NCBI GenBank assembly: GCA_963749575.1
Contig: CAVVNM010000014.1
Span: forward strand, 79,603 to 143,602
Origin: an uncultured Alphaproteobacteria bacterium
GTDB taxonomy: Bacteria; Pseudomonadota; Alphaproteobacteria; Acetobacterales; Acetobacteraceae
DNA length: 64,000 bases
Direction of reading: 5' to 3'
The notes under the pieces were generated by a model. The model saw only the letters and a program-made list of their open reading frames with translations, did not search any database and was not told where the DNA came from. The stretch's first letter is position 1. The number at the start of each line of letters is the position of its first letter. Positions 1 through 9,297 of this stretch are shown piece after piece. A program made the position numbers and the translations under genes.

Positions 1-648
1 GACGCCGCGGTGGCGGGCGCGATGGCGAGCAAGTATCGCAACACCGGCCAGACCTGTGTCTGCGCCAACCGCATCCTGGTACAGGACGGCGTGTATGACG
101 CATTCGCCGCCAAACTGAAGACGGCGGTGGAGGCGATGAAGGTCGGCAACGGCATGGAGCCTGGCGTGAGCCAGGGGCCGCTGATCAACGCCGATGCGGT
201 GAAGAAGGTGGAACAGCACATCGCGGACGCAGTGAAGCGCGGCGCGACGGTGGTGACCGGTGGCAAGCGGCATCAACTCGGCGGCACCTTTTTCCAGCCG
301 ACGATCCTCGCCAACGTGCCGCAGGACGCGATGATCTTCCGCGAGGAGACGTTCGGTCCGGTGGCGCCACTGTTCCGCTTCAAGACCGAGGAGGAGGCGA
401 TCAAGCTCGCCAACGATACCGAGTTCGGCCTGGCGTCGTATTTCTATGCGCGTGACGTGGGGCGGGTGTTCCGCGTCGCCGAAGCGCTGGAATACGGCAT
501 CATCGGCATCAACGAGGGGATCATCTCGACCGAGGTGGCGCCGTTCGGCGGCATGAAGTCGTCGGGACTGGGGCGCGAAGGATCGAAGTACGGGATCGAG
601 GACTACCTGGAGATCAAGTATCTCGCGCTGGGAGGGATTGCGACCTGA
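1..648 (+). CDS. gabD: NAD(P)+-dependent succinate-semialdehyde dehydrogenase, C-terminal part (5' end outside window)
   Basis: Frame is open from base 1. Translation has the aldehyde-dehydrogenase catalytic Cys context [11 protein letters not shown] and [11 protein letters not shown], with overall GabD/SSADH-like sequence. Confidence 0.85.
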   Translation, partial: DAAVAGAMASKYRNTGQTCVCANRILVQDGVYDAFAAKLKTAVEAMKVGNGMEPGVSQGPLINADAVKKVEQHIADAVKRGATVVTGGKRHQLGGTFFQPTILANVPQDAMIFREETFGPVAPLFRFKTEEEAIKLANDTEFGLASYFYARDVGRVFRVAEALEYGIIGINEGIISTEVAPFGGMKSSGLGREGSKYGIEDYLEIKYLALGGIAT

Positions 649-699
649 CGATCGGCGTCGGTCTGGACTGCACGCACGCCGGCACGGAGTAGCGAACCC

Positions 700-1824
700 A
701 TGTCTGGCTGGCCCGTGCGCCCGACGCCGCAGGAGCTTGACCGCATCGGACAAGAGGTGGCAGCGATTCGCGACCTCCAGCAGCAATTGGTCGAGCGCGA
801 TGCGTCTCTGAAGATGCACGACCGCGTGGCCCATCAATACCAGATAGCGGGCGGCAGCATCGTGCTGAATATTGCCGCACAACTACCCGCGAACCTGATC
901 GGTGTCGGATTGTTCGAACCCGGATCGACGCATATCGGCATCGGTCGGGTTTCGACCGGACTGGGATGTCCGCACGCGGAAACCGGCCCGGACTTCCTTG
1001 GTCTTCGACTGGCGTTCCGGACCAGGGCGGGCACCCGCGCCGACTTCATCGCGATCAACGACCCCGCGGCACCGACCGACACCCATGTTCAGTTCATCAA
1101 GCTGCTCGCAGCCACGGCGGCGGGTGCCGGCGAAGGAGTGTTGGCCAGCGGTGGGCAGCTTCTCGCAGGTCTGATCGGCAGCCTTGGGCTGGCGGAGGGG
1201 GGCAGGATATCCGCACACGTCTTGCGTCAGACGTCGCGCGCGGCACTGTCTTCCACTGCCTATCAGACCTACTGGACCGGGATCGAGGAAACCGGCGGCA
1301 TCGCTGGGAAGTTCGTAATCGAGCCGGTTTCCCAGGAGAACCGGCACCGCGCGCCGTCGGCCGGCAAATATCACCTGACGGAGGAGTGGCACGCGCGCCA
1401 GGCACGCGGGCCGGTGATGTTCGATATGTACTGGATCCCGTTCATCGACACGCATCAGACGTCGCTCGATGCACTGACCAGTGCCTGGAACGAACAACGG
1501 CATCCGGTCGGCACCGTGACGTTTCCGCAATGCGATCCGGTCAGCGAGGATGCCGGCCTTTGGGCGGCGCTCGCCGCCGAGATGGGGGCGGATCCGGGCA
1601 ACTGGGTTCACGACCAGGGCGACACCGTCCGCGAGCCCTCGACCGAGTTCGGCATCGCCCGCAAGATCGCCTATCGGAACAGCCAGGAGGGACGCGATGT
1701 GCTCCCGGAGGCGAGCTATGCACAGGTCTTTGTTACCGGCGTGATCGATGCCGACCTGGCCGCAGAGTTGCAACGGCGGCGCGCCGGAAAGCGGGACATC
1801 GGCCACATCGACGCGGCGCCTTAG
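700..1824 (+). CDS. Short catalase-related heme protein (catalase-core-like)
   Basis: 374-aa ORF. Catalase-core-like stretches (GSTHIGIGRVS, PDFLGLRLAFRT..DFIAINDP) and a C-terminal R-x4-Y motif (ARKIAYRNSQEGR) resembling the proximal Tyr ligand region. Assignment made by eye. Confidence 0.5.
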   Translation: MSGWPVRPTPQELDRIGQEVAAIRDLQQQLVERDASLKMHDRVAHQYQIAGGSIVLNIAAQLPANLIGVGLFEPGSTHIGIGRVSTGLGCPHAETGPDFLGLRLAFRTRAGTRADFIAINDPAAPTDTHVQFIKLLAATAAGAGEGVLASGGQLLAGLIGSLGLAEGGRISAHVLRQTSRAALSSTAYQTYWTGIEETGGIAGKFVIEPVSQENRHRAPSAGKYHLTEEWHARQARGPVMFDMYWIPFIDTHQTSLDALTSAWNEQRHPVGTVTFPQCDPVSEDAGLWAALAAEMGADPGNWVHDQGDTVREPSTEFGIARKIAYRNSQEGRDVLPEASYAQVFVTGVIDADLAAELQRRRAGKRDIGHIDAAP

Positions 1825-1918
1825 CCGATCCCGCCAAGCTCGTGCCGAGCGCGATGTTCCAGTTGTTGTGCTAGCATGACGGGACCCGGCCAATAACACG
1901 AGGGAGGGCAACTCCAAG

Positions 1919-3160
1919 ATGTCGGACAGCGATAGCTACGCGGTCGTACCGTATCCGCCGCCGGTCGGGCTTCAGGCGAAACTGTTGCTGGCACTGCACC
2001 GCGCACTTGAAGCGGGGCTGCGCTTCGAGCGCCGTCTCGAGCCGTTGTTTCGCGGCGGGTTGAACCAGGCGTTCCGCGAACCGCTCGCTGCGCTGCTGCA
2101 GCACCTGATCAACCGCAAGCGCCCGAACGATGGACTAAAGTTCGCCGAGGAGCGGATCGACCCCGACGAAGCGGCAAGCCTCGCCTCGATCACCGAGGCG
2201 TTCGGTGGCTACATGAAGCGCGCCTATGCACCGGGCAGCTTCGAACGGGGCGGCAATACCAAGACGCATGGGATCGTGCGTGCCGAGGTCGTCATCCGGG
2301 AGGGACTGCCCGAGCATTTGCGACATGGCGTGTTCGCCACGCCACGTTCATTTCCGGCCTTTGTCCGGTATTCCGGCCCGGGTCCCAATCTCCCTCCGGA
2401 CATCAAGGATGTCGGTTTCGGCAGCATGACGCTCAAGCTGATGGATGTGCCGGGGCCGAAACTGATGGACGACGAGAAGTTCACCCAGGATTTCCTGACC
2501 GTATCGACGCCGAGTTTCGTTACGCCGAACACGCGCGAGAACGCCAAGCTGCAGTGGTGGAGCTTTCGCGCGATGCCGGTGTTCTATTTCCTCAATCCGT
2601 TCGACTCGCATTTGCTCGATTTCTTCATGCAGGGTCTGTGGAACGAGACGCTGCACAATCCGCTAGCTACCCGCTACTGGAGTTGCGTGCCTTATCTGCT
2701 CGGTGAAGGGCAGGCGATGATGTACTCGTTCGCCCCGAAGTCGAAGGTGATCACGCGGATTCCCGGAGTGCCATTCGGGCGGGTGCCGCCGGACTATCTG
2801 CGCGACAATATGGCGGCGACGCTGGCGCAACAGGACGTGGAATTCGATCTCCTGGTCCAGGTGCAGACCGACCCGCATCTGATGCCGATCGAGAACGCAT
2901 CGGTGCGCTGGCCGGAGAAGCTGTCACCGTTCATTCCGGCGGCGACGGTGCACATACCGAGGCAGAGGATCGACACGCCGGCTCATGTGGCGTTTGCCAA
3001 GGTGCTGTCGCTCAATCCCTGGCACTGCCTGCCCGAGCACCGTCCGCTCGGCAACCAGAACCGCGCGCGGCGGGAGATGTACCATGAGTTGTCCCGCCTG
3101 CGCCAGGAGCGAAACCGCACGCCGCACATCGAACCTGTCGGGAACGAACTGGACACGTAG
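1919..3160 (+). CDS. Catalase family protein (short, core domain only)
   Basis: 413-aa ORF with good RBS (gagggaggg). Motifs GNTKTHGIVRAEV (distal His region), FVRYSGPGP..DVGFGSMTLKL and RREMYHELSRLR (proximal Tyr region). Confidence 0.6.
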   Translation: MSDSDSYAVVPYPPPVGLQAKLLLALHRALEAGLRFERRLEPLFRGGLNQAFREPLAALLQHLINRKRPNDGLKFAEERIDPDEAASLASITEAFGGYMKRAYAPGSFERGGNTKTHGIVRAEVVIREGLPEHLRHGVFATPRSFPAFVRYSGPGPNLPPDIKDVGFGSMTLKLMDVPGPKLMDDEKFTQDFLTVSTPSFVTPNTRENAKLQWWSFRAMPVFYFLNPFDSHLLDFFMQGLWNETLHNPLATRYWSCVPYLLGEGQAMMYSFAPKSKVITRIPGVPFGRVPPDYLRDNMAATLAQQDVEFDLLVQVQTDPHLMPIENASVRWPEKLSPFIPAATVHIPRQRIDTPAHVAFAKVLSLNPWHCLPEHRPLGNQNRARREMYHELSRLRQERNRTPHIEPVGNELDT

Positions 3161-3205
3161 CGCCCGGGTCTATGCGCGGCACGCGGTTGCCGGTAGACCA
3201 CGCCG

Positions 3206-3568
3206 ATGAAGTCCTACAAGAACGACAGCTTCGGCGAACGACTGACCACTGCGGCGGACGCGAGGACTGCCGCGCTGAAGCGGTTCCTGGCGCGCCCCGG
3301 GCCGGACGACCCCGCGGTGCTCGAACGCCAGGCAGCCCAGAAGGCGATCAGCGAAGCCCGGGAGGCCCGAAACGCCGAGCGAATGGCCGTGCGTGCGGCC
3401 GAGGCGGCGCGGCAGGCCGCCGAGCAGAAGGCGCGGGATGTCGAGGCCGCTGCCCGCGTTGCCGCGGATGCCGCGGGCGCCGCCGCACGTGCGGCGGAAC
3501 AGAAGGCGGCGCGCGACGCCCGCTACGCCGCACGGGCGGTGCGCCGCCAGCAAAAGGCGCGGCGCTAG
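3206..3568 (+). CDS. Small Ala/Arg/Lys-rich protein, DUF6481-like
   Basis: 120-aa ORF. N-terminus MKSYKNDSFGERLTTAADARTAALKRF followed by a long AEAARQAAEQKA-type helical low-complexity region. Confidence 0.45.
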   Translation: MKSYKNDSFGERLTTAADARTAALKRFLARPGPDDPAVLERQAAQKAISEAREARNAERMAVRAAEAARQAAEQKARDVEAAARVAADAAGAAARAAEQKAARDARYAARAVRRQQKARR

Positions 3569-3891
3569 GATTTCGGCGTCCCGGTCATCCTGGCGAACAC
3601 CATGCGGTCCTTGTTGTCGCGCATGAGCATCGTGAAGCCTGGAATGGTCTCGAGCCCGAGGCCCAGCGGCAGTGCGGTATCGGGATCGGGCTGGACCTTG
3701 GCGTAGCTTTGGCCGGAGACCTTCTCCCACTTGCCGGCTGGCTTCTTCACTTCGAGATTGACGACCGTTTCCTTGAGCACCATCCGGACGATCGCCTCCT
3801 TGGGACGCGACGGCTTGGTCAGGCTCGGGCAGCCGGCGATCATCTGCCAACCGTTGGCCAGCGCCCAGCGGGTCAGTTCGTCCTTGTCCAT
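3565..3891 (-). CDS. Hypothetical protein (108 aa)
   Basis: Internal ATG (MDKDELTRWALANGW...) of the 3565..4140 ORF. The upstream part of that ORF is Arg/Gly-rich junk. No family recognised. Confidence 0.4.
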   Translation of the reverse strand: MDKDELTRWALANGWQMIAGCPSLTKPSRPKEAIVRMVLKETVVNLEVKKPAGKWEKVSGQSYAKVQPDPDTALPLGLGLETIPGFTMLMRDNKDRMVFARMTGTPKS

Positions 3892-3968
3892 GCGGGGTCC
3901 TCCCAGTCTGCGGTCCGTGGTATAGGCGGGGGGTGCCATGTCGGCCATGGCGTGGCGAGACAGCGGTC

Positions 3969-4607
3969 CTAGCCGAGCTCGCCCGGCGTCGCGATCAGGC
4001 GGTCCGCACCGGCCGCCACCAGTTCGTCGCGACTGCCATAGCCCCACAGCACGCCGATCGCGCACAGTCCGTTGGCACGCGCACCCACCATATCGTGCGA
4101 GCGATCGCCGACCATGGTGGTGGCGTGTGGATCGAGGCACTCATTGCGCAGCACGGCGGCGATCAACCGCGCCTTGTCGTCCATGCTGCCATCCGGTTCG
4201 GTGCCGTAGACACCGCTGATCGTGCCGGCGAACTCCAGCGATGCGACGATGCGTGCGGCGAAGTCGTTGCGCTTCGCTGTGACGACGAGGCAGCGAGCCT
4301 GTTCCGACACGGTGCGCAGCGCCGCTGCAATACCCGGATAGACCGTCGCCATATGCAGTCCGATTGCGCCGTAATGCGCGCGATAGGCCATCATCCCGGC
4401 GTCGACCCGGTCATCGCCGTAGCGCGCCAGCAGACGCGCGATCACCTGCGGCAGTGGCGGACCGATCAGCGGCGTCACATCGAATGTCGGATCAGGCGTG
4501 TGCCCCAGCGCGAGCAACGCCGCCTCGCAGCTCGCCGCGATACCGGGACGGGAATCGATCAGCGTTCCGTCCAGATCAAGCAGGAAGGCACGCGCGGTCG
4601 GGTTCAT
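3969..4607 (-). CDS. HAD-family hydrolase (phosphoglycolate-phosphatase-like)
   Basis: 212 aa. HAD motif I DLDGTLIDS near the N-terminus and GDRSHD near the C-terminus. Start overlaps the upstream gene's stop by 4 nt. Confidence 0.8.
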   Translation of the reverse strand: MNPTARAFLLDLDGTLIDSRPGIAASCEAALLALGHTPDPTFDVTPLIGPPLPQVIARLLARYGDDRVDAGMMAYRAHYGAIGLHMATVYPGIAAALRTVSEQARCLVVTAKRNDFAARIVASLEFAGTISGVYGTEPDGSMDDKARLIAAVLRNECLDPHATTMVGDRSHDMVGARANGLCAIGVLWGYGSRDELVAAGADRLIATPGELG

Positions 4608-5473
4608 AGCGACGCGCAGCGCGCGATCGTTTCGCGCCAGCCGAGCAGGTCCTCGGGCCCGGCGAGCCTGCGCGCCAGGCCGGCGACGCCGGTGACCGGC
4701 AGCAGCACGCGCGACACGCCGGCGGCGGCGAACCCGGGAAGCTGTGCCAGGTCGTCCGGCATGCCGACGGTGATCTCCACCGCGGCGGGATCGCGGCCTG
4801 CCTCGCGGGCGGTGCGACGCACGATCTCGATCAGGTCGAGCGGCAGGCCGCGGCCAGGGAAGAAGCCGTCGCCGAGCCGACCGGCACGACGCGCGGCGGC
4901 CTCGGTGTGGCCGCCGATGATGATTGGAACCGCGCGATTGACCGGCTTGGGTCGCATGAATGCGTCCTTGAACCGGACGTAGCGGCCGGCGAAGTTTGGT
5001 GCATCGGCCGACCAGAGTTCGCGCATCGCGGCGAGGTATTCATCGGTGCGCCGGCCGCGGTTGTCGAACGCGGCACCGATCGCGTCGAACTCCTCCTTCA
5101 GCCAGCCGACGCCGATGCCAAGCAGGATGCGGCCGTTCGACATGTGGTCGAGCGTGGCCACCTGCTTGGCGACGATGACCGGATTGTGCTGCGGCAGGAT
5201 CAAGATGCCGGTGGCCAGCTTTATTCTCGTTGTGGCCGCGGCGACGTAGGCCATCCAGATCAGCGGATCGGGCAGCACGAAGTCGCCCTCGCCGCCGGGC
5301 AAGCGGCCGTCGGTCGTGTATGGATACGCCGATTGATAACCCCGCGGGATGACGGTGTGTTCCACCGTCCATGCTGATTCAAAACCCGCGGCCTCGGCCG
5401 CCTGCAGCAGTTCGATCGCGTGCGCCGGATCCGCATAACGGCCGGTATTGCAGTAACGCAGCCCGAATTTCAT
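4604..5473 (-). CDS. LLM-class (luciferase-like) F420/flavin-dependent oxidoreductase
   Basis: Start taken at MKFGLRYCNTGRY (frame-checked). Luciferase-like TIM-barrel sequence (LATGILILPQHNPV, GRILLGIGVGW). ATGA overlap with the upstream EEP gene. Confidence 0.8.
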   Translation of the reverse strand: MKFGLRYCNTGRYADPAHAIELLQAAEAAGFESAWTVEHTVIPRGYQSAYPYTTDGRLPGGEGDFVLPDPLIWMAYVAAATTRIKLATGILILPQHNPVIVAKQVATLDHMSNGRILLGIGVGWLKEEFDAIGAAFDNRGRRTDEYLAAMRELWSADAPNFAGRYVRFKDAFMRPKPVNRAVPIIIGGHTEAAARRAGRLGDGFFPGRGLPLDLIEIVRRTAREAGRDPAAVEITVGMPDDLAQLPGFAAAGVSRVLLPVTGVAGLARRLAGPEDLLGWRETIARCASL

Positions 5474-6183
5474 GCCAGCGCACCGTTCCGCGAACGTGGC
5501 AGATCGAGCAACAGCAGCGAATGATCCGACCATCCCGATAGCCGCTCCTGGTGCGAATATCGGATCGTGCCGGCGCGAGCGGCGAGACCTGGCGACAGGA
5601 AGGCGTGGTCGATGCGGAAGCCATTGCCGCGATGGCTGTACCAGGAGAACTCGCGCCCATCCGGATAGCGATGCCGCCACAGGTCGCGAAACCCGATCGC
5701 GCCCATGCTGTCCATGAAATGTGCGTCGATCGCGCCGGACTCATCGACGTAGGCACGGCAGGTATTGAAGTCACCGATCGCCAGCGCATCGCCATTCGTG
5801 CGCGCGGCGAATGCATCGACCAGTGTCTGCCAGTACGGCACCTTGCTCCGCAGGTTCGGCATGTACACACCGGTCAGCCGCAACTTGCCGAGATCGACAT
5901 CGACCAGCCGCCACGGCTCCTCGACATGCGCGCAGAGCGGCCCGCGTTCCACGAAACGCCGCCGCGCCGCGATCAGCACGCCGGTACGCCGCGGCGGCGG
6001 CGGCAGCTGCGTGACGTAACGATAGCCGGATGCCTGCAGCGCGACGCGCAATCGCTCGGCCGAATCGCCACCGCGATACTCCGACAGGATCAGCACATCG
6101 GCATCATGCCGCACGATCGCGGCGATGATGCCGGCGAGCCGTGTCCCGCCGCCTTGGCGAATATTCCACGCGAGCAGCCGCAC
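5470..6183 (-). CDS. Endonuclease/exonuclease/phosphatase (EEP) family protein
   Basis: 237 aa. Motifs LLAWNIRQGG, GDFN and SDHSLL are typical of the EEP fold. Confidence 0.8.
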   Translation of the reverse strand: MRLLAWNIRQGGGTRLAGIIAAIVRHDADVLILSEYRGGDSAERLRVALQASGYRYVTQLPPPPRRTGVLIAARRRFVERGPLCAHVEEPWRLVDVDLGKLRLTGVYMPNLRSKVPYWQTLVDAFAARTNGDALAIGDFNTCRAYVDESGAIDAHFMDSMGAIGFRDLWRHRYPDGREFSWYSHRGNGFRIDHAFLSPGLAARAGTIRYSHQERLSGWSDHSLLLLDLPRSRNGALA

Positions 6184-6189
6184 GCCACG

Positions 6190-7062
6190 TCAGACGGCAA
6201 CATACTCGCAGCGGAATCCGTTGCCCCAGCGCTTGACGCGGCCGCGCGACGGTGACGGGAAGTGCGCGAAGCAGCACAGCGTGCCGGTGTCGCAGTAGGT
6301 CTCCAGGAATTTGCGCCGCGTGTCGGCGCCCTGCTTCGGGTCGTAGTCGACCCGCATCGCCAGCTCCGGATACTTTGCCTGCAGCGGCGAATGGATCAGA
6401 TCGCCGGTGATCACGGCGTCGTTGCCGCCGCGACCAAGCGCCACCGCGTAGTGATCGATGGTATGGCCGGGCGTGGGCAGCAGTGCCACCATGTCATCGA
6501 CCGCATGGTCGCTGGTGACGAGGTCGCAGCGCTTCGCCTCGACGATCGGGATCACGCTGTCCACGATCGGCGGCAGCGCGGTCTTGTCGTTCTCGGCCAG
6601 CCAGTAGTCGAGCTCCTTCTTGGAGAACAGGTAGCGTGCCTTCGGGAAGGTCGGAACCCAGCGTCCGTTCTCCAGCTTGGTGTTCCACCCGACATGGTCG
6701 ACGTGCAGATGCGTGCACATCACGAAGTCGATGTCGCTCACCGTCAGCCCCGCCGCGGCCAGGCCACGCATCCACGCGTCGTCCTTCTTCTGATGCCAGA
6801 GCGGGCGCGCGGCGCGGTCCTTGTCGTTGCCGATGCAACTATCGACCAGGATGGTGTGGCGCCCGGTCTGCACGATGTAGGACTGAAAGCACAGCACCAG
6901 ATTGTCCTGTGCATCCATCGCCGCGGGCGCGAGCCAGGAACGGTTCTCCGCCAACACCTCGGGCTTGAGGTCGGGCAGGAATTCCAGTGCCGGAGTGAAG
7001 CCGCATTCCATCTCGACGATCCGGTGGATCGTCATGTCGCCGACGCGGAATGTGTTGGCCAT
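6190..7062 (-). CDS. MBL-fold metallo-hydrolase (lactonase-like)
   Basis: 290 aa. HxHxDH motif (THLHVDHVGW) and a downstream TPGHTIDH motif. Confidence 0.8.
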   Translation of the reverse strand: MANTFRVGDMTIHRIVEMECGFTPALEFLPDLKPEVLAENRSWLAPAAMDAQDNLVLCFQSYIVQTGRHTILVDSCIGNDKDRAARPLWHQKKDDAWMRGLAAAGLTVSDIDFVMCTHLHVDHVGWNTKLENGRWVPTFPKARYLFSKKELDYWLAENDKTALPPIVDSVIPIVEAKRCDLVTSDHAVDDMVALLPTPGHTIDHYAVALGRGGNDAVITGDLIHSPLQAKYPELAMRVDYDPKQGADTRRKFLETYCDTGTLCCFAHFPSPSRGRVKRWGNGFRCEYVAV

Positions 7063-7143
7063 TGGCTCGCTCCCTTGGATGGTTGGTCGGGTTGATGTTA
7101 GCTAGCGGCCCGCCCGCCGACAAATCCGCCCCCGGAGGCTCCG

Positions 7144-7662
7144 ATGAACGACACAACCACTGTGGCGCTGAACCCGGAGACCGTGCTGCAGCACATGAAG
7201 CGGAACGGCGTCACCGACGTGGTCTGGCTGCCGGACAGCGAAACCAACTGGCTGTACCTGCTGATGCAGGCGGAACCGTCGCTGCGGCTGATCGGCGTGA
7301 CGCGAGAGGGACACGCGTGCGCCATTGCCGCGGGGCTGCACGCCGGCGGGCACAAGCCGCTGATCTTGATCCAGAACACCGGGATGATGGAATCGGGCGA
7401 TTCGATTCGCGGCTGGCTGCTGGGGATGAACGTGCCGGTGGTGCTGATGGTCGGTTATCGTGGCTGGACGCGACACGGGGTCAACACCGATACCGCGGCG
7501 AGCTATACCGAGCGGTTCCTGATGGCGTTCGGCATCAACTACTATCTGGTCGAGAGCGACGCCGATGCACCGCGCATCTCGGTCGCGTTCGAGGAGGCAC
7601 AGCGCACCCAGCGGCCGGTGGTCGTGCTGGTGGGCGACGAGTACCACGGGTTCAACCGATGA
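7144..7662 (+). CDS. Split TPP-dependent decarboxylase, alpha subunit (sulfopyruvate/phosphonopyruvate decarboxylase family)
   Basis: 172 aa. Resembles ComD-type N-terminal (pyrimidine-binding) halves (VVWLPDSE..., GLHAGGHKPLILIQNTGM). Confidence 0.65.
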   Translation: MNDTTTVALNPETVLQHMKRNGVTDVVWLPDSETNWLYLLMQAEPSLRLIGVTREGHACAIAAGLHAGGHKPLILIQNTGMMESGDSIRGWLLGMNVPVVLMVGYRGWTRHGVNTDTAASYTERFLMAFGINYYLVESDADAPRISVAFEEAQRTQRPVVVLVGDEYHGFNR

Positions 7663-7740
7663 CGGGTTCCCCGCAAAGCGCGCAACCGCCGGCATTGCCT
7701 GCGCTCCTCGCAATCACGGCTTGAACCGGAGTTTCACCAC

Positions 7741-8334
7741 ATGATGCACACCGCCGAACTGCTGAAGGTGTTCGCCGAGCACCGCGGCGACGCGATCGTG
7801 GTGCCCGGACGCGGTGGACGGCACTGGGTGCAGCTGACCACGCGCGAGACGCTCGATGTGCCACTCGGCGATCCGGCGATGGGCGGACACGCAGGCTTCG
7901 CACTCGGCCTTGCGCTCGCGCAGCCCGACCGTCGCGTGGTGCTGTTCGATTCTGAAGGCGACATCCTGATGAGCCTCGGCATGCTGGCGACAATTGCCGA
8001 GCAGGCGCCGGCCAACTTCTACCATTTGCTGCTGGACAACGAATGCTATGCGACCACCGGCGGCCAGCCGGTGCCGAACGCGAAGACCGTCGCGTATGAC
8101 GTGCTGGCACGCGGCGCGGGTTATCCGCGCGCCTTCGCCTTCACCCAGTTGGCGGAATTCAGCCAGCACCTGCCGGGGATCCTGGCGCAGCCAGGGCCGG
8201 TGTTGGTCGCACTGAAGGTGCTGCCGGAAGTCGAGAACACGCCGATCGGCCGGCGCTCACGCTGGCAGACGCGGACCCGTGACAAGGTGGTCCTGGACCT
8301 GCGCGTCGAACTGGGGATCGGGGCGGCGGCATAA
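7741..8334 (+). CDS. Split TPP-dependent decarboxylase, beta subunit (TPP-binding half)
   Basis: 197 aa. TPP-binding signature region (LFDSEGDILMSLGMLATI...LLDNECYATTGGQ). Confidence 0.65.
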   Translation: MMHTAELLKVFAEHRGDAIVVPGRGGRHWVQLTTRETLDVPLGDPAMGGHAGFALGLALAQPDRRVVLFDSEGDILMSLGMLATIAEQAPANFYHLLLDNECYATTGGQPVPNAKTVAYDVLARGAGYPRAFAFTQLAEFSQHLPGILAQPGPVLVALKVLPEVENTPIGRRSRWQTRTRDKVVLDLRVELGIGAAA

Positions 8335-8339
8335 CCTCG

Positions 8340-8356
8340 GCTGCGGCAACCGCAGC
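8340..8356. terminator. Short hairpin between convergent genes
   Basis: gctgcgg-caa-ccgcagc: 7-bp stem with a 3-nt loop, directly after the decarboxylase beta gene and touching the stop of the minus-strand gene. Confidence 0.3.
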
Positions 8357-9294
8357 TAGCGCGAAATCGGCCCGGCGAATGTCGCTGCGAACCGCCGCAA
8401 CCCCGCCCATTGCTGGCGCAGATACGAGCCGCTGGCGAGCGCCTCCTCGCCCGTCGGATCCCCGGTCGCCACGTAGTCGCGGCTGAAGTCGGCGGTGCCG
8501 AAAACCATGTCCCACCACGGCAGCACCGCGCCGTAATTGCAGCTGCGCTGCCCCGCGGCCAGCAGCCCGTGATGCGCGCGATGGAACCGCGGCGAGATCA
8601 GCAGCCGTTCGCCCAGCCAGCCGAACGACACCCGCGCATTGGCGTGCGACAGGCTTTCGAGGAATCGCAGCACCAGAACCAGCAACGGGAACTGCAGGGG
8701 TGGCACGCCGATCGCCAGTGCGATCACGCCGAACCACAGCGCGCCGATGAGATCGTCCAGCAGGTGGTTGCGGTCATCCGACCAGAACGTCATCTGGCGT
8801 TGTGCGTGATGCAGCGAGTGCAGCGCCCACCACCAGCCGAACCGGTGCGACAGTCGGTGCCGCCAATAGTCGGCACAGTCCAGGATGATCGCGTACAGCA
8901 CGAAGGTCAGCACCGGCTGGCCGAGCAGGAACGGCAGCAGCCGCTCCAGCGTCGGCGGCACCCAGCCATGGTCCGCCAGGAACCCGTTCAGCGCCACCTG
9001 AGCGCGGTAGAACAGCACGAAGGTGAACAGCGGCAGCACCCCGACGCGCGAGACGATGGTGTACAGCACGTCGACCGTCACGGCACGGGCATCCGGCCAG
9101 CGCTCCACCGGGCGCCAATACTCCAGCGGCACGCAGACTGCGAAGGTGATCGCCACCTGGCAGGCGCCATACACTGCGAACAGCGCCCAGCCATACGACA
9201 CGTCCTCCCACTGCATCAGGCCCAGCGCATAGAGCAGCGGGAGCAGCAGATGCTCCTGGAGCCAGCCGGCAGCGAGATCGAACGGGTCGGGCAT
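8356..9294 (-). CDS. Fatty acid hydroxylase / sterol desaturase family membrane protein
   Basis: 312 aa, multi-TM, with histidine boxes HRLSH, HSLHH and HRAHH. Confidence 0.8.
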   Translation of the reverse strand: MPDPFDLAAGWLQEHLLLPLLYALGLMQWEDVSYGWALFAVYGACQVAITFAVCVPLEYWRPVERWPDARAVTVDVLYTIVSRVGVLPLFTFVLFYRAQVALNGFLADHGWVPPTLERLLPFLLGQPVLTFVLYAIILDCADYWRHRLSHRFGWWWALHSLHHAQRQMTFWSDDRNHLLDDLIGALWFGVIALAIGVPPLQFPLLVLVLRFLESLSHANARVSFGWLGERLLISPRFHRAHHGLLAAGQRSCNYGAVLPWWDMVFGTADFSRDYVATGDPTGEEALASGSYLRQQWAGLRRFAATFAGPISR

Positions 9295-9297
9295 GGT

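Noticed and set aside
7144-8334. Calling the split TPP decarboxylase a phosphonate-biosynthesis marker.
   Set aside because: No PEP mutase or other phosphonate genes are in the window. The family also includes sulfopyruvate decarboxylases, so substrate specificity cannot be read from the sequence by eye.
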